Shown piece by piece: positions 26,627 through 34,878 of a DNA stretch of 64,000 bases. Source of the stretch: a virus; IMG/VR virus record IMGVR_UViG_3300027785_002095; one strand, 5' to 3'. The notes under the pieces are model-generated. The model was not told where the DNA came from. It saw only the letters and a program-made list of their open reading frames with translations, and ran no database searches. The first letter of the stretch is position 1; each line of letters begins with the position of its first letter. The position numbers and the translations under genes were made by a program.

Positions 26627-27147
26627 CAAATCAACAATTGGCCGAGCAACAGCGTCTTGGTGAAATATTGAAGTTGGCCCGAATGCAACTCAATGAAGAA
26701 TACATGAAGAGTCATTCAGCTGCTCATACTGCCTGGATCACTACAGCAAGAACTGCCTGGACTTCGGCTGGTACATTGATACCGTTTACTACAAAATTTG
26801 TTTACCCAACAGAAGAAGAAGTAGTTGCCCGTGGTGTTACAATTTATAACTCGCTAACGCAAAATACTGCGGTACCTAAACCTGAAGTATTAAGCAAACC
26901 AATGGATGTAGCCGTGGCTCCTCCTGCTGCAATTGAAATATTGCAAGCTGGGGGTGATATTGTACTTGCTGAAATTCCAGAAGAAGTAGTATGCGTAGAA
27001 GAGACTGCTGATCTAATAACAGATGTGGTAGCAAAAGAAGAAGTTGCCGCAGTCGAGCCAGTGGCCGAGCCAACTGTGACAGATTCGTTATTAGAAAACA
27101 AATTTAAAAGCCTATTCACCAAGTGGGGCGGCCGTGGAAATTATTAA
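26623..27147 (+). CDS. acidic hypothetical protein
   Basis: 174 aa. Confidence 0.45.
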   Translation: MTNQQLAEQQRLGEILKLARMQLNEEYMKSHSAAHTAWITTARTAWTSAGTLIPFTTKFVYPTEEEVVARGVTIYNSLTQNTAVPKPEVLSKPMDVAVAPPAAIEILQAGGDIVLAEIPEEVVCVEETADLITDVVAKEEVAAVEPVAEPTVTDSLLENKFKSLFTKWGGRGNY

Positions 27148-27159
27148 GGAAAACAAATT

Positions 27160-27594
27160 ATGATGTTTAACAATTTAGGCTTATACTCGTACTGGCAGTA
27201 CCGACGCCGTCGACCTGGACGAGTGGCAAGACGTGCTCCGGTCACACAAATCAGCAGCAGCATTGGCGGCTATGGCAATGATATTATCAATTTGGGCACT
27301 ATTACCAACGTGTCAATTGTACCTGTAACTGACGTTACTGTAACGCCGTACACACCGGGACCAACCGAATACTTTTTATGTGTTGATGTTGGCGGGCCAG
27401 CAACTGTTAGATTGCCAACCAGCGTGGTGGGCAAAGTATACGAAGTAAAAGATTGTGATGGCGACGCTGCCACTAACCCAATTACAATCACAGCAATAGG
27501 CAGTACCATAGATGGTGCGGCTTCTGCGACAATTAACGTTGACTACGGAAGCCTGAGCTTTGTGTTTAACGGATCAGAATGGAGTATCGATTAA
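27160..27594 (+). CDS. NPITIT-motif paralog 1
   Basis: C-terminal KDCDGDAATNPITITAIGSTIDGAASATINVDYGSLSFVFNGSEWSI shared with 28378 and 28788 ORFs. Confidence 0.5.
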   Translation: MMFNNLGLYSYWQYRRRRPGRVARRAPVTQISSSIGGYGNDIINLGTITNVSIVPVTDVTVTPYTPGPTEYFLCVDVGGPATVRLPTSVVGKVYEVKDCDGDAATNPITITAIGSTIDGAASATINVDYGSLSFVFNGSEWSID

Positions 27595-27830
27595 TGGCAA
27601 CCAAAAGAATGACAAGAATGGATGTTTATCCCGATGGTGACACAATTCCAAAAAATTTACCCGACAGTTACATGCCGGCTGCATACGGCGCACCAGCAGG
27701 ACAAAATTGCTTTACCTGCAGCCATTTTAGCTTGACAACTAATACACGCTTCTGCGAAAAGTGGGACGCACCTGTAAAACCCAAATGGTGGTGTGCAGCG
27801 TGGACAACTCTTTGGCCGACTAAACTATGA
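27594..27830 (+). CDS. HiPIP-like [4Fe-4S] protein, no signal peptide
   Basis: four Cys in C-x2-C-x12-C-x12-C; NCFTCSHF, FCEKWDAPVKPK, WWCAAWT parallel HiPIP CANCQF, GCQLFPGK, GWCASW; ATG overlaps upstream stop (TAATGG). Confidence 0.5.
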   Translation: MATKRMTRMDVYPDGDTIPKNLPDSYMPAAYGAPAGQNCFTCSHFSLTTNTRFCEKWDAPVKPKWWCAAWTTLWPTKL

Positions 27831-28378
27831 CATATAAATTACCTATTACTAATACTACCGAATGGGGAGTAATGAAGACCGGCACAGGTTTAACTGTGAC
27901 TGCTGGAGTAGTATCAGCAACCCTTGGCTTACTTAACTATGGCTTCTTCACTGACGGCACACAAATTAACCCAGTAGCAAGTGCTGTTAATCTAGTGACA
28001 TTTAACCTCACTGGGCCCGCAAACGGAATTAGCATTGTTGCAGGCACTCAACTCACTGTTGCCAATGCCGGCACATACAATACTGTGTTTACAATGAATG
28101 TGAACAAAACATCCGCTGGAGCAAGTACCATTACAATTTGGATGCGGCTGAATGGAGTTGACATTGTGGGTTCAACCCAAGATTTAATCTTAACTGGCGC
28201 ATTAGATACAATCTTTGTCACTGGTAATTTTACATTAGATATACCAGCTGGCGGAAATGTCGAACTATGCTGGAGCAGTGCAGACACTACTATGCAACTA
28301 CTAGCATTACCACCAAGAGTAGCGCCCATTAGACCTTCGGGCTCTAGCGCAAAAGTAACACTAACCAGGATCTCATAA
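27827..28378 (+). CDS. hypothetical beta-rich protein
   Basis: 183 aa, T/G/N-rich. Confidence 0.5.
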   Translation: MTYKLPITNTTEWGVMKTGTGLTVTAGVVSATLGLLNYGFFTDGTQINPVASAVNLVTFNLTGPANGISIVAGTQLTVANAGTYNTVFTMNVNKTSAGASTITIWMRLNGVDIVGSTQDLILTGALDTIFVTGNFTLDIPAGGNVELCWSSADTTMQLLALPPRVAPIRPSGSSAKVTLTRIS

Positions 28379-28746
28379 TGTCATTGAATCTATCAACAAA
28401 AATTGTCACCACAACCCCATATGCTGTTCTGAATACAGATCAAGTAATTTTTATCAATATAACATCTGGCGCTGCTTCGGTGGTACTACCATCAACTGGT
28501 AACGCCAATGGTGAAGACTGCTGCGGCGATGAAAGCAACGACAAAAAATACGAGGCTGGTAAGTCAACAGTACTAAAGCGTTCATTTTATATTAAAGATT
28601 TCAGCGGCACTGCTGCAACCAATCCAATCACCATTACATCAACAGGAGGAAAGACCATTGACGGCGGCTCCTTTGCATTGATCAATGGAGGATATGCCCA
28701 TATACAGGTAGTATATGATGGCACAAATTGGAAGATTATAAGTTAA
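28378..28746 (+). CDS. NPITIT-motif paralog 2
   Basis: KDFSGTAATNPITITSTGGKTIDGGSFALINGGYAHIQVVYDGTNWKII. Confidence 0.5.
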   Translation: MSLNLSTKIVTTTPYAVLNTDQVIFINITSGAASVVLPSTGNANGEDCCGDESNDKKYEAGKSTVLKRSFYIKDFSGTAATNPITITSTGGKTIDGGSFALINGGYAHIQVVYDGTNWKIIS

Positions 28747-28787
28747 TCTCCAAGTAAACTTAGTTAACAATATAAGGAAAAACTAAA

Positions 28788-29186
28788 ATGTCATATACAA
28801 ATAACCCCCGCTCTCTTATTGCAGGAACAGGTATCACAGTATCACCTACAACAGGAACAGGCGCAAACTCAGTAACTATCACTGCAAACGGACTTGCATT
28901 AGAGCCAGTACGTATTGCGCTAGTATCGCCGGATACTGTACTAGCAACCGACTCTATTGTAAGTTATCAACTTACAGTACCTGGCGCAGTTGCAGTAGCA
29001 TTGCCAGCTGGTATCACAGGCACTGTATACTATCTCAAAGATGGCACAGGTGACGCTGCTGTCAACCCTATTACTATTACTCCTAACTTGCTTGAAACGA
29101 TCGACGATGCTGCCACTGCAACTATCAACACCAACTACGGTGCATTGACATTGGTGTACACTGGCGCCAAGTGGGAAATCATCTAA
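28788..29186 (+). CDS. NPITIT-motif paralog 3
   Basis: KDGTGDAAVNPITITPNLLETIDDAATATINTNYGALTLVYTGAKWEII. Confidence 0.5.
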   Translation: MSYTNNPRSLIAGTGITVSPTTGTGANSVTITANGLALEPVRIALVSPDTVLATDSIVSYQLTVPGAVAVALPAGITGTVYYLKDGTGDAAVNPITITPNLLETIDDAATATINTNYGALTLVYTGAKWEII

Positions 29187-29238
29187 GGATTTACAATGAC
29201 GGAACACGATGTAACGTCAATGAATAAGGAAAAATAAA

Positions 29239-29886
29239 ATGTATAAGAAAATTACACATACAATCGTCGAAGAGCACTTCGACCACCCAATGGGCGTTGG
29301 AATTGCAGCCAACGTTGGTATGCCAAAGAGCATGCGTCACTCACTTGCTGAAATTATGCCAGCTGGACAATTTAAAACATTTGTTGACAATTACTTCATT
29401 AAATCTGAAGACGCCCTGATTGATTTGGCAAACGCAACATTTGACGAATCGCTTGACTTTCAAGCTGCATTAGCAAAAGCAATGGAGTACGAAGGACTTG
29501 GAGACATGCTTGAAAAGTATTATGATGTTGAATTTAAAGAACGTTTCAACCAACAGTTAAACAATGCAATCTTACAACTTCTGTTCTATTGGAGAAACAC
29601 TATTCGAAAATTTGATAATAAAGATACCTTGAATAGAATTAAAACTTCTGGATGGGCAGCAGGAATGTTGCTAAACCAATACAATAATTATTGGGACAGA
29701 GACATTGGAAGAACATTGTTTGATGATTTCTTCCAGGAACTTATAAATTTAGGCAATGCCAAATTTGCCAAGAATAAAGCAAATGAAACAGCAGCAATGG
29801 ATCGATTATCGGCTGCGGGATCAAAGTTGTCAAATTATATATCAACTGGTGCTATCCAAAATCATCCAGAGTTTTTTACTCCGTAA
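29239..29886 (+). CDS. hypothetical protein
   Basis: 215 aa; RBS AAGGAAAAATAAAATG. Confidence 0.5.
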   Translation: MYKKITHTIVEEHFDHPMGVGIAANVGMPKSMRHSLAEIMPAGQFKTFVDNYFIKSEDALIDLANATFDESLDFQAALAKAMEYEGLGDMLEKYYDVEFKERFNQQLNNAILQLLFYWRNTIRKFDNKDTLNRIKTSGWAAGMLLNQYNNYWDRDIGRTLFDDFFQELINLGNAKFAKNKANETAAMDRLSAAGSKLSNYISTGAIQNHPEFFTP

Positions 29887-30560
29887 TGCCGGGACAGCTA
29901 GTTGATCTAAGAGAGTGGGCCAGTCCTGTTGAAGAACAATGGCAACTGGGTAGTTGCACTGCACAAGCAGTAGTTGGTGCGTATGAACTATTGACTAAGA
30001 TGCACTACCCAGACCAAGCAGTTGACCTAAGCAGATTGTTTTTGTACTACAACGCTCGAAAGCTTTCTGGCGACATAAACGAGGACATTGGTGCTTATAT
30101 TTCAACTGCAATTGAAGCAGTCAAGATTTACGGGTTGTGCCGCGAAGATTTGTGGCCTTACGACACTGATAAATTTCGAGTAGAACCCAACTGGAAAAGT
30201 TATTTTGATGCTAGGCGTCGCACAATATCTAATGTGTACGAAATAACTTCACACGATCAGATTATCAACATGCTGGATAAACAATATCCTGTGGTGGTCG
30301 GTGTTGCTGTTTATTCTGGATTTAATCGAATAAGCAATCAATCAACAACGCTGAAACTGCCGCCATCTGCTGAAGAGTCCATGGGCAGTCATGCCATGTG
30401 CATAGTTGGCTATGACAATGTGCAACAAGCATTTTTATTACGAAATAGTTTCGGTGACGACTGGGGCGAAGGTGGCCATATGTGGGTTCCGTATGCGTAT
30501 GCAGACGCAAATTTCTCGGATATGTGGACCTTTGATATACTTTTAAAAAGTAGCATTTAG
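29886..30560 (+). CDS. papain-like cysteine peptidase (C1 family)
   Basis: QLGSCTAQAVVGAYE (catalytic Cys context), GSHAMCIVGYDN (His), NSFGDDWGEGGHMWVPY (Asn/Trp) in canonical order. Confidence 0.7.
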   Translation: MPGQLVDLREWASPVEEQWQLGSCTAQAVVGAYELLTKMHYPDQAVDLSRLFLYYNARKLSGDINEDIGAYISTAIEAVKIYGLCREDLWPYDTDKFRVEPNWKSYFDARRRTISNVYEITSHDQIINMLDKQYPVVVGVAVYSGFNRISNQSTTLKLPPSAEESMGSHAMCIVGYDNVQQAFLLRNSFGDDWGEGGHMWVPYAYADANFSDMWTFDILLKSSI

Positions 30561-30571
30561 TATTACCTTTT

Positions 30572-30596
30572 TGTTGTAAAAATACAACACTTTTTT
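30572..30596 (+). terminator. intrinsic terminator TGTTGTA-aaaa-TACAACA + T6
   Basis: read directly. Confidence 0.6.
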
Positions 30597-30629
30597 ACCA
30601 CTTTTTTGAAGATTTTTGCCAGAAAAAGG

Positions 30630-30658
30630 TTGACGTCCTGGTCCAGATGCGCTATAAT
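30630..30658 (+). promoter_or_regulatory. promoter TTGACG-N17-TATAAT with palindrome CTGGTCCAG in the spacer
   Basis: near-identical to promoter at 22304 (aaaa-gGTTGAC-tcCTGGwCCAGAt-gc-TATAATAAACACAT); CAGGAG RBS and ATG 30691 follow. Confidence 0.5.
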
Positions 30659-30690
30659 AAACACATAGACAGCAACAAACAGGAGTTTAA

Positions 30691-30978
30691 ATGAGCAAAC
30701 AAGATCATACTGTGTACATTTATAAAGCAGACAAGCGCACCAAAGCAGGCGAGCGACTTGTTAGCACTACTGTTTGGCGCAATCGTGATGCGGCTGAAAT
30801 GAAGCGTGAAGTTCGCGAACTGCAATACGAACTGTGGCCCGTTAGCAAAGGCTTCCGCATCGAATTCTTCCCTACAATGAAAACTGTAAAGAATTTGATG
30901 ACTGGCAAAGACATTCAAATTGATCGTGACACTCCTTGGAGTTGCAACCCAGCTTCCGAATCTTACTGGAGCATGTGA
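30691..30978 (+). CDS. hypothetical protein
   Basis: 95 aa. Confidence 0.5.
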   Translation: MSKQDHTVYIYKADKRTKAGERLVSTTVWRNRDAAEMKREVRELQYELWPVSKGFRIEFFPTMKTVKNLMTGKDIQIDRDTPWSCNPASESYWSM

Positions 30979-31213
30979 TATGATGAATCAGAACATACAA
31001 AAACTTATCAACGATTACCAAACAATCTTGGATCGAGATCCAATGGATCAGATGGAAGACACCCAGTCTATTCTGCTTAAATTTACTCAAGCTCTTGCAG
31101 TAGAGCTAGGTGAGATTGTAGTAGCAAGTCCTTACAATGAAGGCGTTCACATGTACTTTGATGAAAAGATTGCTCGTTACGAAATTAAAAATGCTGTGGG
31201 AATTGAACAATGA
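30977..31213 (+). CDS. hypothetical protein
   Basis: likely starts at MMNQNIQKL (ATGTGATATG overlap); track ORF begins at 30920. Confidence 0.4.
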   Translation, partial: DMMNQNIQKLINDYQTILDRDPMDQMEDTQSILLKFTQALAVELGEIVVASPYNEGVHMYFDEKIARYEIKNAVGIEQ

Positions 31214-31386
31214 TACGAATAATTTTCTTTTGGTTGGTCCTTTTTGCCTTGTTCTTTTTTGGCATAAAATTTCTTAGAAGTTTGTCCGGAAGCGAGGCTT
31301 GGGCATTGACAAAGCTAGCATCTTATGCTATACTATGTTCACTGCTAACAACAGCATTTTTGGTTCTTATTGTAATTCTTTTTTAA
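31210..31386 (+). CDS. small two-TM membrane protein (58 aa), holin-like
   Basis: MIRIIFFWLVLFALFFFGIKFLRSLSGSEAWALTKLASYAILCSLLTTAFLVLIVILF; ATGA overlap with upstream stop. Confidence 0.35.
   Translation: MIRIIFFWLVLFALFFFGIKFLRSLSGSEAWALTKLASYAILCSLLTTAFLVLIVILF
31306..31334 (+). promoter_or_regulatory. promoter TTGACA-N17-TATACT (dyad AGCAT/ATGCT in spacer) inside the small membrane ORF
   Basis: read directly; 61 nt upstream of the band-7 gene ATG. Confidence 0.45.
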
Positions 31387-31395
31387 AGGTGTATC

Positions 31396-32190
31396 ATGAA
31401 ACGTATTTTGACTCTCTCTATTTTGGCTGCGGCAGTTCTTGCTACTGGTTGTACTCGTATTGAAACTGGTGAAGTTGGAGTCCGAGTCGGCTTTGACAAA
31501 CAGGTCCAAAGCGGCGAATTGCTGCCTGGTTCTTTCAACCAAAGTATTGTTGGCAGCATCCTTACATTCCCAATCAAGGACGTTAACGTGACCTTGGACA
31601 ATATGACTCCGGTGGCTGCTGACAACAGCACAATGAAAGACTTTGATGCTGTGGTTGTTTACAACATCAATCCTGCACAAGTGGCCGAACTGTACAGCAC
31701 CAAGAACAAGAGCTTCCACGCCGAGTTCAAAGGCGACACTTATGTGATGTACAACTACATTGTTCAAAATGCTCGTAACGCTATCTACAAAGCCGCCCGT
31801 AAGTACGAAGCCTTGGACATGGCAGACAAGCGTAATGACATGGAAAAGTTCATTCAAGAAGAAATTGTGCGAAACATGACTGAAGAAAAGTTGGACGGTG
31901 CAATTACAATCAGCCAAGTTATGATTCGTAATGTTGTGCCTAGCGACACAGTAGTCGAAAGTGCCAACGCATTGGTTCGTAGTAAAAACGAACTCAAGCA
32001 GAAAGAAGTTGAAGTTAAGACTGCTGAAGCTGAATCGCGTCGAATGGCAGCACTGGCCAACAACTCAGGTGCAAGTATTGCATTCATGCAAGCCCAGGCC
32101 ATGTTGAACGTTAGTGAAGGTATCAAGAACGGCAAGGTTCAAACCATTGTTGTGCCCTCTAACTTCAACGCATTGATGATGCCCAAGTAA
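31396..32190 (+). CDS. SPFH/band-7 (prohibitin/HflK-like) lipoprotein
   Basis: lipobox LATGC then SPFH-like core and C-terminal coiled coil. Confidence 0.6.
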   Translation: MKRILTLSILAAAVLATGCTRIETGEVGVRVGFDKQVQSGELLPGSFNQSIVGSILTFPIKDVNVTLDNMTPVAADNSTMKDFDAVVVYNINPAQVAELYSTKNKSFHAEFKGDTYVMYNYIVQNARNAIYKAARKYEALDMADKRNDMEKFIQEEIVRNMTEEKLDGAITISQVMIRNVVPSDTVVESANALVRSKNELKQKEVEVKTAEAESRRMAALANNSGASIAFMQAQAMLNVSEGIKNGKVQTIVVPSNFNALMMPK

Positions 32191-32344
32191 TGAGCAATCT
32201 TTGGTTCAACATCAGATTCGGTGTGCGCCATTTTCAGTTCTCGAGGGACTGGGAAATAACATTTCGTGTTAATCCTTACTTCCTTGAGAACCCTCCTGCT
32301 AAATGGTTTGAGATTTATTGTTTATTTGGAAAGCAAATCTGATT

Positions 32345-32608
32345 ATGAAACAGCGCGGATTTACCCTTATTGAAGTGATGGTTGTATGTGTAATGGTTGC
32401 AATTGTAATCATGATTGCTATTCCAGCAATAGTCGGTACATCCAGCACTAATAATATTAGCTATGGGGTCAATGGCATGACTGAAAGCAGATGCATTGAA
32501 GGTTACAAGTTCATCATTGATCAAAAAGGTAATTCCCGCCAAATCTTAGATGAGTTTGGCAAGGGTGTTCGTTGTGAACGAGCAAGTGTGCCCGGAGGTA
32601 TGCAATGA
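32345..32608 (+). CDS. type IV pilin/pseudopilin-like protein (prepilin N-methylation motif)
   Basis: MKQRGFTLIEVMVVCVMVAIVIMIAIPAI: short basic leader, G-FTLIE cleavage/methylation signature, hydrophobic helix. Confidence 0.55.
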   Translation: MKQRGFTLIEVMVVCVMVAIVIMIAIPAIVGTSSTNNISYGVNGMTESRCIEGYKFIIDQKGNSRQILDEFGKGVRCERASVPGGMQ

Positions 32609-32871
32609 CTATAGTCAAGAAGCCTATCAAAAGTGTAAAGCCCACAGAACTGCATCATGACTTAATGGGGCGCGAGTTCAAAGAAGGTCAGTATGTTGCA
32701 GTAAGCGACAATGGACTTTATATTGCTCAAGTAAAACGTTTTACTCCCAAGATGGTTGAGGTTGAAAAAGTTGGCTCAAAGTATCGAAGCACCCGACTAA
32801 AGTATGCAAGCGATATGGTTATCTTAGACGGGCCCGATGTGTTTATGTGGGTACTGACCAATGGACTTTAA
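32605..32871 (+). CDS. hypothetical protein
   Basis: 88 aa, ATGA overlap. Confidence 0.45.
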   Translation: MTIVKKPIKSVKPTELHHDLMGREFKEGQYVAVSDNGLYIAQVKRFTPKMVEVEKVGSKYRSTRLKYASDMVILDGPDVFMWVLTNGL

Positions 32872-33112
32872 GGCCAAAACTAAAGAAGAAGCGTATGATT
32901 TTTTAGTAAGAGCAGGCATTATTCGTCCCAATGAACGCACTTTAGAAGGACGAGAGAAAGAAGAGATGATGCTTATCTTGACTCTTCTTACTCCCACACA
33001 CTCAACTAACAATCAACGATTTATCACTGAGCACTACCAGTACGGCGAACTAGAATACTCAGTTACTTTTTTCGACGAAAAAGAATACGATATCATTGAA
33101 ATCAAAACATAA
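32861..33112 (+). CDS. hypothetical protein
   Basis: 83 aa. Confidence 0.4.
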   Translation: MDFKAKTKEEAYDFLVRAGIIRPNERTLEGREKEEMMLILTLLTPTHSTNNQRFITEHYQYGELEYSVTFFDEKEYDIIEIKT

Positions 33113-33144
33113 CTCATAATTACATATAGTTTTAAGGAAACCAC

Positions 33145-33345
33145 ATGGCAGATATTATTGACGACGCACAAGAAGCAATGGAAGCGCAAGAAGAAATGCG
33201 CAAAGCATTAGCAAAAGAGTTTGTACCAATTCGCACTGGCTTTTGCCTCGAGTGTGAAGAACCAACAGAGTTCACGTTCTGTTGCGTAGATTGTAGGGAC
33301 TCCCACGAAAAGCGTGAGAAGATGAAATCCATCAACGGAAAGTAA
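33145..33345 (+). CDS. DksA/TraR-type C4 zinc-finger protein
   Basis: C-x2-C-x17-C-x2-C (CLECEEPTEFTFCCVDC). Confidence 0.55.
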   Translation: MADIIDDAQEAMEAQEEMRKALAKEFVPIRTGFCLECEEPTEFTFCCVDCRDSHEKREKMKSINGK

Positions 33346-33381
33346 GCCAAGGACGTAGTTACCGTATCAGGTAAATATCTG

Positions 33382-34593
33382 ATGCGTTTACGTGAACTAT
33401 TATCTGAAGTCAAAATTGACAACCAACAAGGTGCTGGAGCAGTTCCTTATAACCAAGATGTAGACTACTTTGGTCTGCGTGTTATGATGAAGCCCAGCAC
33501 ATTCCTACGACTGGCTGCTCCGCTTGGACAAGAGCACAGTGCTGAACTAGAAAAATACATTGCCGACGGTGGTGCCATTGGTGCTCCATTCTTAGAAATT
33601 AAAATCCCGCAGGAATGGGATGACGGCGACTATTCCAAGACTGCACAAGTTGCAGGGCACGAAGGTCGCAATCGTATGACAGCCGTTAAAAAGCTAGAAG
33701 GCGATGCTCCTATTGAAGTACACATTTTCCCTCGCGGTGGCTATCGTGCCCGTGACATTACTCCTGAATTTCGTGCGGCATTGGTACGTGGACTACAAGC
33801 TGAAAAAGCAACCAACATTGTTGCTGGGCCACTATTTGAGGAAGGCTTAGAAGAAGGCTGGAAAGATACAGTTGCTAACTTAGCCATTGCAGGTGGCATT
33901 GCCGCAGGCGGCATGGGTGGCATGATGGCCAAGCAGTCGGCACAGGATTACTTCAAAGAGCCAACTGCTGTAGTAGCACAGGCGCCAGCAGTTAAAAAAG
34001 CAGAAGCACCAAAAACGTTTGCACAAGCTAAAGCAAGCCCGGCGGCTCCGGCCGCATTAAAAGCAGAACCAAAGAAAATTGATGTCAAGACAATTACTAG
34101 CAATCCGCTCGAAGGGGTACTATTAAAAGTTGCCAAAGCATCTGGACTCCAAGGTTCCGAGCTTGCTGCATTTATGGCGCAATGCGCTCACGAAACACTA
34201 GACTTTAAACGTCTAACAGAATTTGGCGGTAGCTTAGACTTCCGCAAATATGATCCAAAATACGCCCCAAAGAAGGCCAAAGCACTGGGTAATAAACAAG
34301 TCGGGGACGGCGCAAAGTATAAAGGTCGTGGATTTATTCAAATCACAGGACGTTGGAATTACAAGCAAGCTGGCGAAGAATTAGGCTTACCATTGGAAAA
34401 GCATCCCGAGTTAGCAGAAGATCCTGCTACAGCGGCTAAAATTGCTGTTTGGTTTTGGAAGCATCGTGTACAACCAAACGTAGATAACTTTAAAGATACT
34501 ACTAGTGTTACAAAACAAGTCAACCCGGGTATGCGTGGTTTAGAACAGCGCAAAGATAACTTTGCTGATTACATGCAAGTTGCAATGCGATAG
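33382..34593 (+). CDS. GH19 lysozyme/chitinase-like domain fused to an N-terminal domain carrying the MRLRELLSE leader
   Basis: C-terminal FMAQCAHETLDF...YKGRGFIQITGRWNYKQAG...AAKIAVWFWKHRV (GH19 signatures) after an A/P/K-rich linker. Confidence 0.7.
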   Translation: MRLRELLSEVKIDNQQGAGAVPYNQDVDYFGLRVMMKPSTFLRLAAPLGQEHSAELEKYIADGGAIGAPFLEIKIPQEWDDGDYSKTAQVAGHEGRNRMTAVKKLEGDAPIEVHIFPRGGYRARDITPEFRAALVRGLQAEKATNIVAGPLFEEGLEEGWKDTVANLAIAGGIAAGGMGGMMAKQSAQDYFKEPTAVVAQAPAVKKAEAPKTFAQAKASPAAPAALKAEPKKIDVKTITSNPLEGVLLKVAKASGLQGSELAAFMAQCAHETLDFKRLTEFGGSLDFRKYDPKYAPKKAKALGNKQVGDGAKYKGRGFIQITGRWNYKQAGEELGLPLEKHPELAEDPATAAKIAVWFWKHRVQPNVDNFKDTTSVTKQVNPGMRGLEQRKDNFADYMQVAMR

Positions 34594-34684
34594 GCGGTCG
34601 TTTTGAACTGCTACAAGTTCAGCAAAAAAACTAAATATAATACACGGTTTTAGATGATTCTGAGCCATCAATAAAGGAAAAGAA

Positions 34685-34876
34685 ATGTTATCATTTTTAA
34701 AGAAGCTATTTGGGTTTGGTACTACACCAGCAGTCGAGGCTCCGTATAAAGTCGAAGTGCAAGTTGTAGCCGAAACAGTTACTGAAGTTGCGCCAGTTGT
34801 AGTTGAAAAGAAGCCACGTGCCAAAAAGCCGGCTGCTCCTAAAGCACCACGTGCTAAGAAGGCTCCTAAGGCATAA
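34685..34876 (+). CDS. small basic K/A/P-rich protein (histone H1-like tail)
   Basis: C-terminus KKPRAKKPAAPKAPRAKKAPKA. Confidence 0.45.
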   Translation: MLSFLKKLFGFGTTPAVEAPYKVEVQVVAETVTEVAPVVVEKKPRAKKPAAPKAPRAKKAPKA

Positions 34877-34878
34877 TA

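Noticed and set aside
34600-34650. Hairpin TGAACT-gctaca-AGTTCA after the 33382 gene as a + strand terminator
   Set aside because: It is followed by an A-run rather than a T-run on the + strand (the T-run precedes it), so it is not a canonical intrinsic terminator in the direction of the genes.
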